Assembly (NCBI GenBank): GCA_951406725.2
Contig: OX597820.1
Location: 13,826,001-13,890,000 of the forward strand
DNA length: 64,000 nucleotides
Reading direction: 5' to 3'
Origin: Octopus vulgaris
Lineage: Eukaryota
Below, piece by piece: positions 12,401-60,341 of this stretch. A program made the position numbers and the translations under genes. Within the stretch, counting starts at the first letter, position 1, and each line of letters starts with the position of its first letter. The notes beneath the pieces were generated by a model. That model was given only the letters and a program-made list of their open reading frames with translations. It was not told where the DNA came from and made no database searches.

Positions 12401-15311
12401 CGGCGATGGCTCAACGAAGCCTGGCTGACCAGTTAGAATATTGGTCAGAAGGAGAAATGAAGTTTACTGTCAGCAACTGTGAGACAAGGTCCAACACCCT
12501 ACAATTCTCACTAGCTCTCATTCTGTTCTCTCTCTGTATTTACTACTAAACAATGAATCTCCGTTACAAGGCCACACAAACACACAAGTGCCCTCGATCT
12601 CACATCTATTTACGTTCACCATTACAATAACATAGTGTCGTACATTTATGTCTACCGGTTTATGAAAACAAACAATGTGAAGCTATTTATCATAAAATTA
12701 TATGCACGAGTTATTCTGCTAAAGTTCAAAAAATAGCTTGCGTGTGGTACAACTCAAAACATGGTATTATGCCTGTAAAGTATCAACATGTCATTGGTCT
12801 ACTGCTAGTCTACCTTCTATGCAGGTAGTTTATCCTGACTCCCTCTGATTTTTAGTTCATACAATTAAAAAAACCATGTTATTTATGGGCCATTAAAATG
12901 TTAAGTTGAGAAAAAAGTTTGTGTTGAACTTTACTGTGAGTAACTTGATTGAGTCTACGATGCGCTAGTTGAGAAGTACCCAAGACTTGTTCATTGAAAA
13001 ATGCACTTTACTTCAACAAGACAATGCAAAGCCACATACAACCAGAAAGAACAGTGACAAGATTGAAGACTTGGACGGTGTGGAAGTTCTGCTACATTCA
13101 GCCTATAGTCCAGACGTTGCTCCATCTGACTACAGTCTCTTCCGATCAATGCAGCACTTTATGAAAGGTCACTGATTTGAGTCATTCAATGAAGTTGAAT
13201 AAGCCTGTCAGGAATTTTTCAATTCAAAGCTGAAGGATTGGCACTTCGACCAAATCCGAAAGCTTGTAGATTGATGGCAGAAAGTCATGGAAAATGATGG
13301 TCTTTATTTTGAAGAATAGTTGTGGTTGTTTTTGAATAAATTCTTGCATAAAGAGTCATTATTTTAACAGAGCACATGAGCTTTTTCCTCAACCTGGTAC
13401 TACTGTGGATCTCCTGATTTATTATTTTGCTTTTGTGGACCCCCAATATCTTATGTGGATCCCCAGGGGTCATATGGAGAACTACTGCTCTAGTTGATGG
13501 GAGAGGGATTCCTTTCTGAGTCATTAGCCAAGTCAAGGTAAAAGACATTTTTTCTCTTTTACACTTCAAACTCTCCATCGAAATTTCATGTTTATTCATG
13601 TTCCAAACACCAGAATAACAACACTTGCAGACGTTTGAGCAGAGGGAGAAGTCATTAAGTCACTGGAATGGTCACAAACGACAACGAAGAGAGATTGATT
13701 GATAAACAATCAACTAATTGCTTGACTAACACATTAAGCAAATGATTGATTAATTGATTGGTTAGATATTTAAGCAACTGATTAACAATAAAGAAGTGGA
13801 ATTGAACCAGTGCCTGTGTTTATTATTATTATTGGTGAAGGTGTATGGCTTAGTGGTTAGGAGTATTCAGCTCACAATTGTAAGGTCGTGAGTTCAATTC
13901 TCGGCAATGCCTTGTGTCCTTGAGCAAGACACTTTATTTCACATTGCTCCAGGCCACTCAGCTGGCAAAAATGAGTTGTACCTGTAACATTCTAAATCAT
14001 GCTGAATCTCCCTGAAAACTACATTAAAGGCGGTGAGCTGGCAGAAACCTTAGCACGCCGGGAGAAATGCTTAGCGGTATTTCTTTTGCCGTTATGTTCT
14101 GAGTTCAAATTCCACCGAGGTCGACTTTGTCTTTCATCCTTTTGGGGTCGATTAAATAAGTACCAGTTATGCACTGGGGTCAATATAAAATAATTGTCTG
14201 TCCTTGTTTGTCTTCTCTGTGTTTAGCCCCTTGTGGGTAGTAAAGAAATAGGTATTTCGTCTGCCGTTACGTTCTGAGTTCAAATTCCACCGAGGTCGAC
14301 TTTGCCTTTCATCCTTTTGGGGTCGATTAAATAAGTACCAGTTATGCACTGGGGTCAATATAATCGACTTAATCCGTTTGTCTGTCCTTGTTTGTCCTCT
14401 CTGTGTTTAGCCCCTTGTGGGTAGTAAAGAAATAGGCACACGTGTCTGTGGAGTGCTCAGCCACTTGTACATTAATTTCTAGAGGAGGCTGTTCCGTTGA
14501 CCGTATCAGCTGGGACCCTTGTTGTTACAACCAATGGAGTGCCAGTTTGTTATTATTGGCATCATGATTCTCCTTAGACACAACAAAATTTATTTCAATG
14601 CATGAATTCACAACAAGAATCTCACAAACAAAATACAAAAAAAAAACAAAGTAAAACCATGTGAAAGTTATTTGACCAAATAATCCATTATTTCCAATAT
14701 TAATTGTAACAAAGGCAGAGCATTTCATCAGAAACACGATAACAAAAGAGACAAACAGCGAAATCACCTCCTGGACAGGACACCAGTCTATCTTAGGCAA
14801 CGTTTCCAGATAACGTTATATCTAATTCTAGACTGCTCAGTGAACTGATGTCTGTTATGGAATTAAATCTATTGGTAAAATGAACAGCAGATCAATACCA
14901 AAGCCTTTGGCTACAACCAAATTGATAGAAATTACATGATGGATATAACGACACTCTAAGATGACAGAGTGCTGTTGTTATTAATTTTGATGTTGGGACT
15001 GGTTGATTCGCTGTAACATCTTTAAATATGGCATCTGTGATACTGAGAGCTATGATTAAGAGAAGGAGAAAGAAAAGAGCGGTGGTGGTGGTGGTGGTGG
15101 TGGTGTGCTTTCTTGAAAATTATATAAAAGCAGGACATGAATTCTCTATTACCAAAACTCTCTTCTCGTATTACAAGATTTCGCCCGTTTGAGGATTTGC
15201 TTTCAGTTACCATGTGATCAACAGATTATTAAATCAACAGAAAAAGTTCCTTCTAACTTATACACAAACACACACACATATATATATATGTAAACATATA
15301 CATATATACAC

Positions 15312-15374
<63 letters not shown>

Positions 15375-15530
15375 AACATATATACATATATATATACATA
15401 TATATGCATATATATATACATATACAAACATATATACAGATATATGCATATATATATATATATACATACATACATATATATCTATATATATATATACATA
15501 TATATATGCATATATACTTATATATATACA

Positions 15531-15564
<34 letters not shown>

Positions 15565-15573
15565 CATATATAT

Positions 15574-15604
<31 letters not shown>

Positions 15605-18205
15605 CATACATACATACATATATATACGCACACAACAAACACACACATACAAAAAGCGAAAAATGCTTTGTTGATGAATTTATGCTTTTGTTATATACAT
15701 TTTGCAGTCATGGCTGTATGATTAAGAAGTTCACTTTGCAACCACATAGGTTTTGGGTTCAATCCCACTGTATGGCACCTTCTACTATAGCCTCAGGCAG
15801 ACACAATTACCTGTGAGCGGATTTGGTAGATGGAAAGTGAAAGAATCCCATACATATACATATATATACATATATATAGGCGTAGAGATATAACAGGGTT
15901 GCACCATCTGAAGTCATAACCTGTTCTGATTCATGGCCCACTTCCTGCAGTCATGATGTTTCATCAACCAAGAAGAGGTAGAAGGTTCAGTGAAGGAGTT
16001 CTTTGCCTCAAAGAACAAGAACTAGTATCAGCATTGGATCAAAGAACTGGCAGAAAGGCAGCTTCAGACGGTGCAACATTATGGCCTCTACTTTTAATGC
16101 TAGGCTGCTTTTCTTGTAAGTTGATGAATAAAGCAACTAAGTTACCAAAATCTTGCAAAACTTTTTGACTCAACACAATAATATATCTGTTCATCTTTTA
16201 TTCTATCAAATATGGTAAATCTAACCCTTTGAATCTAACTCTATACTATGAAGCAACTTATACTACCATTTCAGAATGCTGGTTCCAAAATGTGTTTTGA
16301 TGATATCCAACAGTTTGTCTCTCATGAGATCTCTCACTCTAAACAGAACACATCATCTTTACATCTCTCTGTGGCTGTCTTAGAAGAATTATCCAAAGTG
16401 TTTAATCCTGACATTAAACTCCTCTTAACAGACAATGCTAAGTCACAACATAAATGGTAAGTATAATATCAGACAAGAATTTGTCTCTCTCTTTTTCTCA
16501 TTTTCCCCCTCTCTTCTCTCTTTCAATCTGTTGAATGTTACGAATATCTTGGACAAAACATAAAACTAGTAAAAAAGCAATTTGCCCAGTATCCTCATGA
16601 TTCTGCCAGCTTGCTGCCTTTCTTCACCAAAATAGTAAATTCTGTGAAACATCAGAGTCAACCAAGTTCCAATCATCAGCATTTTAACATTCAGTTTTCC
16701 TGGGTCAGATGGAATTTGGTAAAGGAGATTTTCTACAGCCAAATCCCTTCCTGTTGCCATCTCTCACTCGTTTCCCAGCATGATAATATTTCCCTTGGAC
16801 AGTGGGGTTGATGTAATCGGCTTACACTCTCGCCCCAAAATTGCTGGCTTTGTGCCAAAATTTTAAACCAAGCCACGAATGTCCAGCCCTGTTAAGAATG
16901 CCCCTGATGTGTTGGGCGATATGATATGCTTGAGAAGACCTGTTGAATCAAGTAAAACCAATATTGTAGCTGTGGTCAGTGCCTCCTGATTGGCTCCCGT
17001 GCCGGTGGCATGTAAAATGCACCACCTGAATGTGGCCGATGCCAATACCCCCTGACTAGTTCTGGTGCTGGTGGCATGTAAAAAGCACTATTTGAACATA
17101 ATAGATGCCAGGCATACCTGACTCGCTCCTGTGCCAGTAGCACATAAAAAGCACCCACTACACTTTCAGAGTGGTTGGCATTAGGAAGAGTATCCAGCTG
17201 TAGAAACATTGCCAGATCAGCCAGGTGCAGTCATCTGGTTCTCCAGACCTCAGTCAAATTGTCCAACCCATGCCAGCATGGAAAGCAGACGTTAAATGAT
17301 GATAATAATGATGATGATGACGATGACGATGATGATGATAATGTTGATGATGACGACGATGACAACAACGACTACAATGATGATAATGATGATGATGACG
17401 ACGACGGTGATGATGGTGATGATGATGACGATGACAACGATGATGATGATGATGATTTCCTCTGAACTATGGCAGTGAGTTAGCAGAATCATTAGCAGAC
17501 CATGCAAAATGTTTGGTAGCATTTCATCCGTCTTTACAAAGAACAAGGCTTACAAAAAATAAGTCCTAGGGTTGATTTCTTCAACTAAAGCTCTTTAAGA
17601 CAGTGCTCCAGCATGGCCACAGTCAAATGACTGAAACGAGTAAAAAAAATAAAAGAACAAAATTATAAAAAATTCTAAATTCTTCTCTTTTTCTAAAGGG
17701 TCTCCAGAGATTACAGAAGTGGCCATGTACTACGTAAACTATTTCCATGGACAAATTATTTATTGAAGAACATAGAGATTGGTGTTGAAAAATTATTGGT
17801 TATCGATGGAGTGACACGACCCTGGTACAAAATGGTAAGCAACATGATTCTAATGAGATTTCTTGTTTTATGTTTTATAGAAGAAACACAATGGCTATGA
17901 ATTTTATACATAAGAACAGTGCTGGAACAGTAACTACTTGGCCATGAATTCAAAATTTGGTAAAACCTTTATATAGTACTCTTCTGTAGCACTAATAAAA
18001 ACATAGAAAGAATATATATGGTATTTTATGCTTAAAAAAATATACACGTGTTACAGTGAATAACTGCCAGGATTACACAATTGCTTGTTGAAATATTATG
18101 CAATCTTATTAACTCACCTCATCAGTGTTACGTAAAAGATACAAGGAGTGGTGTTAAATGCTCAGTATACATTCCTGTAATGCAAATTATCAACATCAGT
18201 GATAC

Positions 18206-18243
<38 letters not shown>

Positions 18244-18952
18244 GCTGAGTTCCTTTCAAGTGTTGGGCGTCAGGGAGGCAAGGTGGCTGAGTTCTGAGCA
18301 TTGGGCCTCACAGAGGCAATAACAGGGACCTTTGGCATTATGTTGTGCTTCAGAAGACCCATCAAGACAAGCAAAATCACAGTCGTGGAAGATACTGGTG
18401 TCACACAAATGGCACCCAAGCTGGTGGCATGTAAAAGCACCCATTCCACTCTCAGAGTGGTTGGCGTTAGGAAGAGCATCTAGCTGTAGAAAACCATGCC
18501 AAATCAGACTGGTGTTTTGTGCAGCTTTCCAGCCCACTTTTCCATGCTTGCATGGATCAGATAGAATTTGTTGTTGAGGCAATTTTATTACAGTTTACTG
18601 CCCTCCCTATTGCCAGCCTTTACTTGTATCCAAGCAAGGTAATTATTTCCCCTTGGTTGAACATGTTTTGCAGAAAACCCAAAACAAATGACACCTCTTG
18701 TATGATGGTGACATTTGCTTACAGCTATCATGAGATGTCAAGACCCAAACACTCACACACATGCATGCACACACACACATGGTTTCCTTCTACCAAATCC
18801 ACCCACATAGCTATGATCAGCTCAGAATCATTGTAGAAGACATCTTGCCCAAGGTGCCACGAAGTGGGACTGAACCCAGAACCATCTGAATGGGAAGCAA
18901 ATTGCTCACCACACAGCCAAGCTTGCAGTTATAAATAGTAATCCTCGTTTAG

Positions 18953-19017
<65 letters not shown>

Positions 19018-20246
19018 GTGATGGTGATGATGATGATGGTGGTGATGGTGATGATGGTGATGATGATGATGATGACGATGATGATGATGATGGTGATGGT
19101 GATGACGATGATGGTGATGATGATGACGATGATGATGATGATGGTGATGGTGGTGATGGTGATGATGGTGATGATGACGATGACAATGATGATGATTCTG
19201 TAGCACTTTCTTCAATCATTACATTCTGCTCTTGTAATTCTACATTTCAGAAATAGAAAATATTTCAAAAATTCTTTGGGTTTTTTTTTTTGTCTAAAGA
19301 AATATTTCCTCTAATCTCACAATTTTTTTTTTTTATTTCTTCAGGACATTCTGAAAATCTTTGACTTAGGACCAATAATATACCTACAGAGCTGTAGCGA
19401 AAAGGAAGCGAAATTCTATCCAATTAACAGCTGTTCAAATCAATGTTCTCCTCTTCCATCAATCAAACTTCAAGCATCAGATATTGGTAAAAATGGATGT
19501 TTATCTTCAAAGCTAAAACTAATTTGAATGTATATAACACTTTTTCAGAGCATGGGACGTTTTGGCACAGCCCTCTTGGCCCCGACTTTTCGGCATCACT
19601 GATTCAATGCTGACTTATTTGACAGACCTTTTAATGTTACCCTTGTTCTTTCCCCTCTCACCTCTCTCTCTTTGTTTATGTGTCTTTTATTCTTTTACTT
19701 GTTTCAGTCATTTGACTGTGACCATGCTGGAGCACCGCATTTAGTTGAACAAATCAATCCCAGGACTTATTCTTTGCATGCTTAGTACTTATTCTATCAG
19801 TCTCTTTTGCTGAGCTGCAAATGTTACAGGGACATGTTTGTATGTGTGTGCGTTTGTAAGTATGTGTGTTTGCGTGTATGTGTGTTTTGTGTGTGTATGT
19901 GTGTGTATATGTGTGTGTATGTGTGTGTGCTTGTGTGTGTATGTTTGTATGTGTGTTTGTCAGTGTGTGTGTGTTTTTGTGTGTGTGAGTTTATGTGTGT
20001 GTTTGTGCATGTGTGCTTGAGTGTGTGTGCATAAGTATATGTGTTTGCATGTGTGTGTGTTTTGTGTGTATGTGTGTTTGTGTGTATGTGTGTGTGTGTG
20101 CTTGCTTGTGTGTGTGTGTGTATGTTTGTGAGTGTGTGTTTTGTATGTGTATTTGTGTGTATATCTGTGTGCATATGTGTGTGTGTGCACGCACATTTTT
20201 ACATATATATATTTTATGTATATACACATAAAATATATATATGTAA

Positions 20247-20301
<55 letters not shown>

Positions 20302-20406
20302 TTCTGTCTTTCAGTAATTTGGCACTCAGCTCTATGGGAACCTGAATTCCACCCTGTGGCTGGCAGCAAAGAACTGAGCCTTGCAGTCCTGGCAGCTGCC
20401 AACTAA
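9118..20406 (+). CDS. Uncharacterised single-pass membrane protein, C6orf89/BRAP-family-like; gene span, 6 coding exons, 355 aa
   Basis: Six GT-AG exons with matching phases give a 1068-nt stop-free CDS. It has an N-terminal hydrophobic helix ([23 protein letters not shown]), a C..NP..CxxC segment, [11 protein letters not shown] and a C-terminal CxxxC/beta-rich region, which recalls C6orf89-like proteins. The family assignment is from memory, not a search. Confidence 0.75.
9806..10320. repeat. Palindromic minisatellite (about 27-30 bp units; second half inverted)
   Basis: GGAACTTTCCAGGA..TAATT units to about 10095, then TTCCTGGAAAGTTCC units. Confidence 0.85.
10757..11082 (+). mobile_element. 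3' end/UTR of RTE-type LINE (family C) with (GAT)n tail
   Basis: GGTTGGCGTTAGGAAGGGCATCCAGCTGTAGAAAC..AACCCATGCTAGCATGG..AAAC(GAT)n. Longer copies (16905, 18256, 22428) extend into an LGLTEA..EKTRQ-like ORF end. Confidence 0.7.
11232..11368 (+). CDS. Membrane protein gene, exon 2 ([46 protein letters not shown])
   Basis: TTTTGCAG acceptor, GTATGT donor (weaker in-phase alternative at 11321). Confidence 0.78.
12870..13400 (+). pseudogene. Mariner transposase remnant (C-terminal)
   Basis: QDNAKPH...[17 protein letters not shown]...[14 protein letters not shown] with in-frame stops. Confidence 0.88.
14029..14436 (+). mobile_element. Dimeric SINE-B nested in a family D SINE (13838-14520)
   Basis: One head and two bodies joined at AAATAG|GTATTTC; the host SINE resumes at about 14437. 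Confidence 0.8.
15260..15650. repeat. (TA/CATA)n microsatellite
   Basis: Direct observation. Confidence 0.95.
15895..16180 (+). pseudogene. Second mariner transposase 3' remnant with TIR-like end
   Basis: [36 protein letters not shown] with stops. Confidence 0.7.
16275..16456 (+). CDS. Membrane protein gene, exon 3 ([15 protein letters not shown]...NAKSQHKW)
   Basis: CATTTCAG acceptor, GTAAGT donor, phase 0-2. Confidence 0.8.
16900..17457 (+). mobile_element. Family C LINE 3' end with expanded (GAT/GAC)n tail
   Basis: Same family; the tail has expanded to about 160 bp. Confidence 0.75.
17699..17834 (+). CDS. Membrane protein gene, exon 4 ([45 protein letters not shown])
   Basis: Pyrimidine tract+AAAG acceptor, GTAAGC donor, phase 2-0. 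Confidence 0.82.
18952..19197. repeat. (GAT/GGT)n microsatellite
   Basis: Direct observation. Confidence 0.95.
19345..19486 (+). CDS. Membrane protein gene, exon 5 ([47 protein letters not shown])
   Basis: Poly-T+CTTCAG acceptor, GTAAAA donor, phase 0-1. Confidence 0.82.
19835..20298. repeat. (TG)n degenerate plus (TA)n microsatellite
   Basis: Direct observation. Confidence 0.95.
20315..20406 (+). CDS. Membrane protein gene, last exon ([30 protein letters not shown])
   Basis: TCTGTCTTTCAG acceptor, phase 1, GC-richer coding-like segment ending in TAA. Confidence 0.75.
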
Positions 20407-20472
20407 GGAGAAAAACCCAAACCAAAGGAGATGACATCATTACATACAGCCCTCATCTCTTGCACACTATTT

Positions 20473-20940
20473 TTTATTTCTTTATTGCCCACAGGGGGCT
20501 AAACATAGAGGGGACAAACAAAGATAGACAAGGGGATTAAGTCAATTACATCAACCCCAGTGATTAACTGGTACTTAATTTATCGACCCCGAAAGGATGA
20601 AAGGCAAAGTCGACCTCAGCGGAATTTGAACTCAGAACGTAGTAGCAGATGAAATACTGCTAGGCATTTCACCAGGTGTGCTAACATTTCTGCTAGCTCT
20701 TGCACATTATTATAAGCATTCTAAGGTGGCGAGCTAGCAGAAATGTTAGCATGCCGGGCATAATGCTTATCGGTATTTCGTCTGCCACTACGTTCTGAGT
20801 TCAAATTCCGCTAAGGTCGACTTTACCTTTCATCCTTTCGGGGTCAATAAATTAAGTACCAGTTATGCACTGGGGTTGATCTAATCGATTGGTCCCTTCC
20901 CCTAAAATTTCAGGCCTTGTGCCTAGAGTAGAAAAGATTA
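20473..20940. mobile_element. Head-to-head inverted pair of SINE-B copies
   Basis: - copy 20473-20700 and + copy 20725-20940. Confidence 0.85.
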
Positions 20941-21505
20941 TTGTAAGCATTGCCCCACTTTTCTTCAAGGCCCCTCTTGATCTTTCCACCACCCACAGAG
21001 GGACAGTACTGCCCACTTTCAGAACCACTGTGCTACATTATCGGCTTCCAAACTTCTACATCAAAAACTGTCTCACTGAGCCAAGCGCATGTACCTAGCA
21101 TTTAATAGAACAACATTATGGAAACAGCTGCTGTTGGGAAATATGTTACTCAAGGCATGTTTCAAAAAATTACCTGCATATAAAGTCTTTTAAAAAAATC
21201 AATATTTCTAATGGGTTATAGCCAAGACTTGTCGATATTTATCACCTGGCAAGTCACAAAAACACTTACAGGACTAATAGTTTTCTACATTATATCTTAG
21301 GCATCTGCTATACACACACACAAACACACATAAAAAACAAGCTGGACAGTCATGACTTTATAGCTGCCATCAACATCCAAGTTCATCTGCAGTGACCAAG
21401 GGACTTAGTCTTATACAAAAAAAAACTAGAACACACTTATAACCATGGTAATTTGCATATTGTCTTATTTTAGGATGGTTGTTTTTTTCTTTTCCAAATA
21501 AACAC

Positions 21506-21547
<42 letters not shown>

Positions 21548-22070
21548 GGTGCAGGAGTGTGGTAAGAAGCTTGCTTACTTACCAACCACATGGTTCCAGG
21601 TTCAGTCCTACTGCGTGGCACCTTGGGCCAAACAAAGCCTTGTGAGTGGATATTAGAGAGGGAAATTGAAAGAAGCCTGTTGTATATATATATATATATA
21701 TATATGCGTATTGTGAAAAATTATATGGCTATGGACAGGGTGTCTAATTTCGGCATATTTGGCATTGGAAATTTTTTCGTTTGCCCTTATGTATAAGTTG
21801 TATGTGTATATATATATATATAAAATAAATAAATAAAATAAATATATATATATATATATATATATCATCATCATCATCATCGTTTAACATCCGTTTTCCG
21901 CGCTAGCACAGGTTGGATGGTATATATATGTCCAACCCATGCTAGCATGGAGAACGGACGTTAAACGATGATGATGATGATATACATACATATATATACA
22001 TATATATAAAGAGTTATAGATATATATTATATATATGTATATAATATATATACATATGTATATAGTATAG

Positions 22071-22132
<62 letters not shown>

Positions 22133-22427
22133 GGTTTTTATGTAAATTCAATCATGTTTTATGTATTGCGTCAATATTTGTCTATTCATATATATTTATG
22201 TATTCTGGAATTTTTATTTCCATTCTATAGAGAATATATATATTTATATAAGTTTCAAAAGTGTATTTTAATTATGTTCTTTTAGACTCCACATGTGTTG
22301 CCTCCATAAAACTATTATTCTGAATATAGCTCACACCTCACAACGAGCACTACATCTTCCTATCTGTATATTAATGGGAGTTATTGTTAACATTAACAAG
22401 CTCTAAAATAAACTATATATTTTATGT

Positions 22428-23009
22428 AAGACCCAGCAAGCCAAGTGAGATCATAACCCGTGGCCTATGCAAGGGGTGTAACCAGCCCACTTATGCATAT
22501 CTTTCCTTCATTGGACACTAAACTCTGCTTGTGAAGACCTGTTGAGGCAAGTGAAATCGAAATCGAATCAAATTCGATGACTGGCACCCGTGCCAGTTTA
22601 GCACTAAGAGCACCATCCAAGCGTGATCGTTGCCAGAGCAGCTGACTGGCCTCTGTGCTGGTGGCATGTAAAAATGTTAGTGGCACATGAAAAAACATTC
22701 GAGTGAGGTCGTTACCTGTGCTGCTGGACTGGCTCCTGTGCAGGTAGCACATAAAACACACCATTTGTGCATGGCCGTTGCTAATACCACCTGACTGGCC
22801 CTCATGCTGGTGGCACATAAAAGCACCCACTACACTCTAGGAGTGGTTGGCATTAGGAAGGGCATCCAGCTGTAGAAACATTGCCAGGTCAGAGTGAGCC
22901 TGGTTCAGCCTTCTGGCTCGCTAGTCCTCTCAGTTGAACCATCCAACCCATGCCAGCATGGAAAGCAGATGTTAAACGACGACGATACACACATACATAT
23001 ATATTTATA

Positions 23010-23074
<65 letters not shown>

Positions 23075-23082
23075 ATGTATAT

Positions 23083-23133
<51 letters not shown>

Positions 23134-23308
23134 CACCCACTACACTCTTGGAGTGGTTGGCATTAGGAAAGGCATCCAGCAGTAGAAACCTTTCCAGGTC
23201 AGATTGGAAACTGGTGCAGCCTACTGGCTCTCCAGACCTCAGTCAAATCGTCCAACCCATGCCAGCATGGAAAGCGCATGTTAAACGATGATGATGATGA
23301 TGATGATG
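22428..23308 (+). mobile_element. Two family C LINE 3' ends separated by (TA)n
   Basis: Copies at 22428-22986 and 23130-23308. Confidence 0.75.
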
Positions 23309-23429
23309 AGCCAGATAAAGCTGATTTAAATGCTAACGGGTTAATGCAATTAATTTTATTAACCCTTTTTTTAATTTACAATTTGGCATGCTTTAATCAC
23401 TTTTCATCCATCTACCGATGTTTTGTTTT

Positions 23430-23460
23430 TATTTTTTATTTTTATTTTATTTATTTATTA
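23430..23460 (-). promoter_or_regulatory. Candidate AATAAA polyadenylation signals for TTLL1
   Basis: Several TTTATT hexamers on + just downstream of the stop; low-complexity context weakens the call. Confidence 0.3.
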
Positions 23461-23476
23461 TTATATTTTTTTGAGG

Positions 23477-58464
<34,988 letters not shown>

Positions 58465-58502
58465 GTCCACTACACTTTACACTTCACTGTAAAATAGACA
58501 TC

Positions 58503-58506
<4 letters not shown>

Positions 58507-58574
<68 letters not shown>

Positions 58575-58663
58575 CATAATAATAATAACAATAATAACAA
58601 TAATAATAATAACAATAATAATAATGATGATGATGATGATGATGATAATAATAATAATAATAA
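58507..58663. repeat. (AAT)n/(GAT)n microsatellite
   Basis: Direct observation. Confidence 0.95.
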
Positions 58664-59373
58664 TGTGCATTGTTTTGTCTTGATATAAAAGATGGAATAC
58701 AGTAAATATTCTGCTCAATACCACAGATTTGCTTGTCAGTTGTTCGACCGTAACCAGTTGAGCATGTCCCTTAGTGGCTGACGATATGTGCATCTCTGAT
58801 CACGAGCAGAAATAGTGGGGGAGCATCATAGCCATGTGCTGAGAGGGATTCTTTGGGGTTTCAATAATTCACCTCTGGAAACATGGGTGTTTCGTTCAAC
58901 ATCCTTAAACAACCATTATTCAGGGACCTTTTGAGCGGGATGGGCTTACTCGACCAGAAGAAAATTCTAACTGGGCCCCACCTGCAAGGTCATGCCTTGT
59001 TTATCTTGATATGAGATCACCATGCCAAGTAAATATGGTTGTGATGCATGTGCCTGGTGTACCTTTATCAGACGGGTAGTCATGATGGGTATATTGGGCT
59101 TCGTATATTTTACCCCAGTGTCACTTTGATAACATGCACTGCTCTCTCACTCAATAATAATAATAATAATAATAATGATGATAATAATAATAATAATAAT
59201 GATGATAATAATAATAATAATAAATCTTGATATGAGATCACCATGTTGCACACATATGATTGTGATACATGTGCCAGGTGTACCCTTAGCAGATTGGTAG
59301 TCATGATGGGTATACTGGGCTTCGTATATTTTACTCCAGTGTCACTTTGATGGCATGCACTGCTCTCTCACTC

Positions 59374-59412
<39 letters not shown>
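58664..59412 (+). mobile_element. Non-coding retroposon-like element with (AAT)n tails embedded in AAT microsatellite; second 3' copy at 59224-59412
   Basis: Both copies end CACTGCTCTCTCACTC(AAT)n; the 5' part shares CATTGTTTTGTCTTG with 4628-4720. Confidence 0.6.
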
Positions 59413-59414
<2 letters not shown>

Positions 59415-59454
59415 AGCGTAAGGAAGCAGAAAAGCATCAACCTGCTAGAAATAA

Positions 59455-59750
59455 GGACTTATTCTTTGTAGGCCTAGTACTTATTCTATCGTCCCTTTTG
59501 TCGAACCGCTAATTTACGGGGACGTAAACACACCAATGTCAGTTGTCAAGCGATGGTAGGGGGACAAACACACACACACACACACAACACATATATGATG
59601 GGCTTCTTTCAGTTTCTGTCTGCCAAAGCCACTCACAAGGCTTTGGTTGGCCCAAGGCTATAGTAGAAGACATTTGCCCAATATGTCACACAGTGGTACT
59701 GAACCCGGAACCATGTGGTTGGTAGGCAAGCTACTCACCACACAGCCACT
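59455..59750 (-). mobile_element. SINE family A
   Basis: Same organisation as 25833, 3' truncated. Confidence 0.85.
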
Positions 59751-60341
59751 AAAAAAAAAGACTATTAAAACTAACTAGTGAGTGTGTAGACTAGATAACA
59801 AATAAGCAACATCATTGCCTCCCATTTTTTGTTATGGTTGAATTTGTTTGGGGCTGAGGGTGGTGGATTGGCAGAACCATTAAAGCATTGGACAAAATGC
59901 TGTGGTGGTATTTCTTCTGGTTCTTTACATTCTGAGTTCAAATCCAGTCAAAATCCATTGTAACTTTTTATCCCTCCGAGGTCAATAAAATGAATTACCG
60001 ATCTAAGTTATGAAACTGACGGAAGCAGCAAACATCTCCTTTTAGAATTGCTGGCCTTTTGCCTAAATAAATCAAAAACCATTATTTCTGAAGAAAATAT
60101 ATTTCAAACCAGAATTTGATATTGTTGTTTGTAAAACGAGAAAATATTTTGGAAGATTAAAATAGAGTTAACACACTTGGCTGAGAATTTCAAAGAGAAG
60201 GCATGAAAACAATGTTTGTGTTATGAATCTAGATTATTTGGAAATAGTTTTAGCCACAATCTCTACAGGCTAGTAGAAGTAGCAGTCAACTCAGCCTCAA
60301 AAAAAGAAGAAAAGATACATTGGATGACGTTTAGAGATAGA

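Noticed and set aside
22286-22391. Alternative last exon for the + gene (acceptor TTTTAG at 22285)
   Set aside because: The in-phase reading stops after 12 codons; the exon at 20315 fits better.
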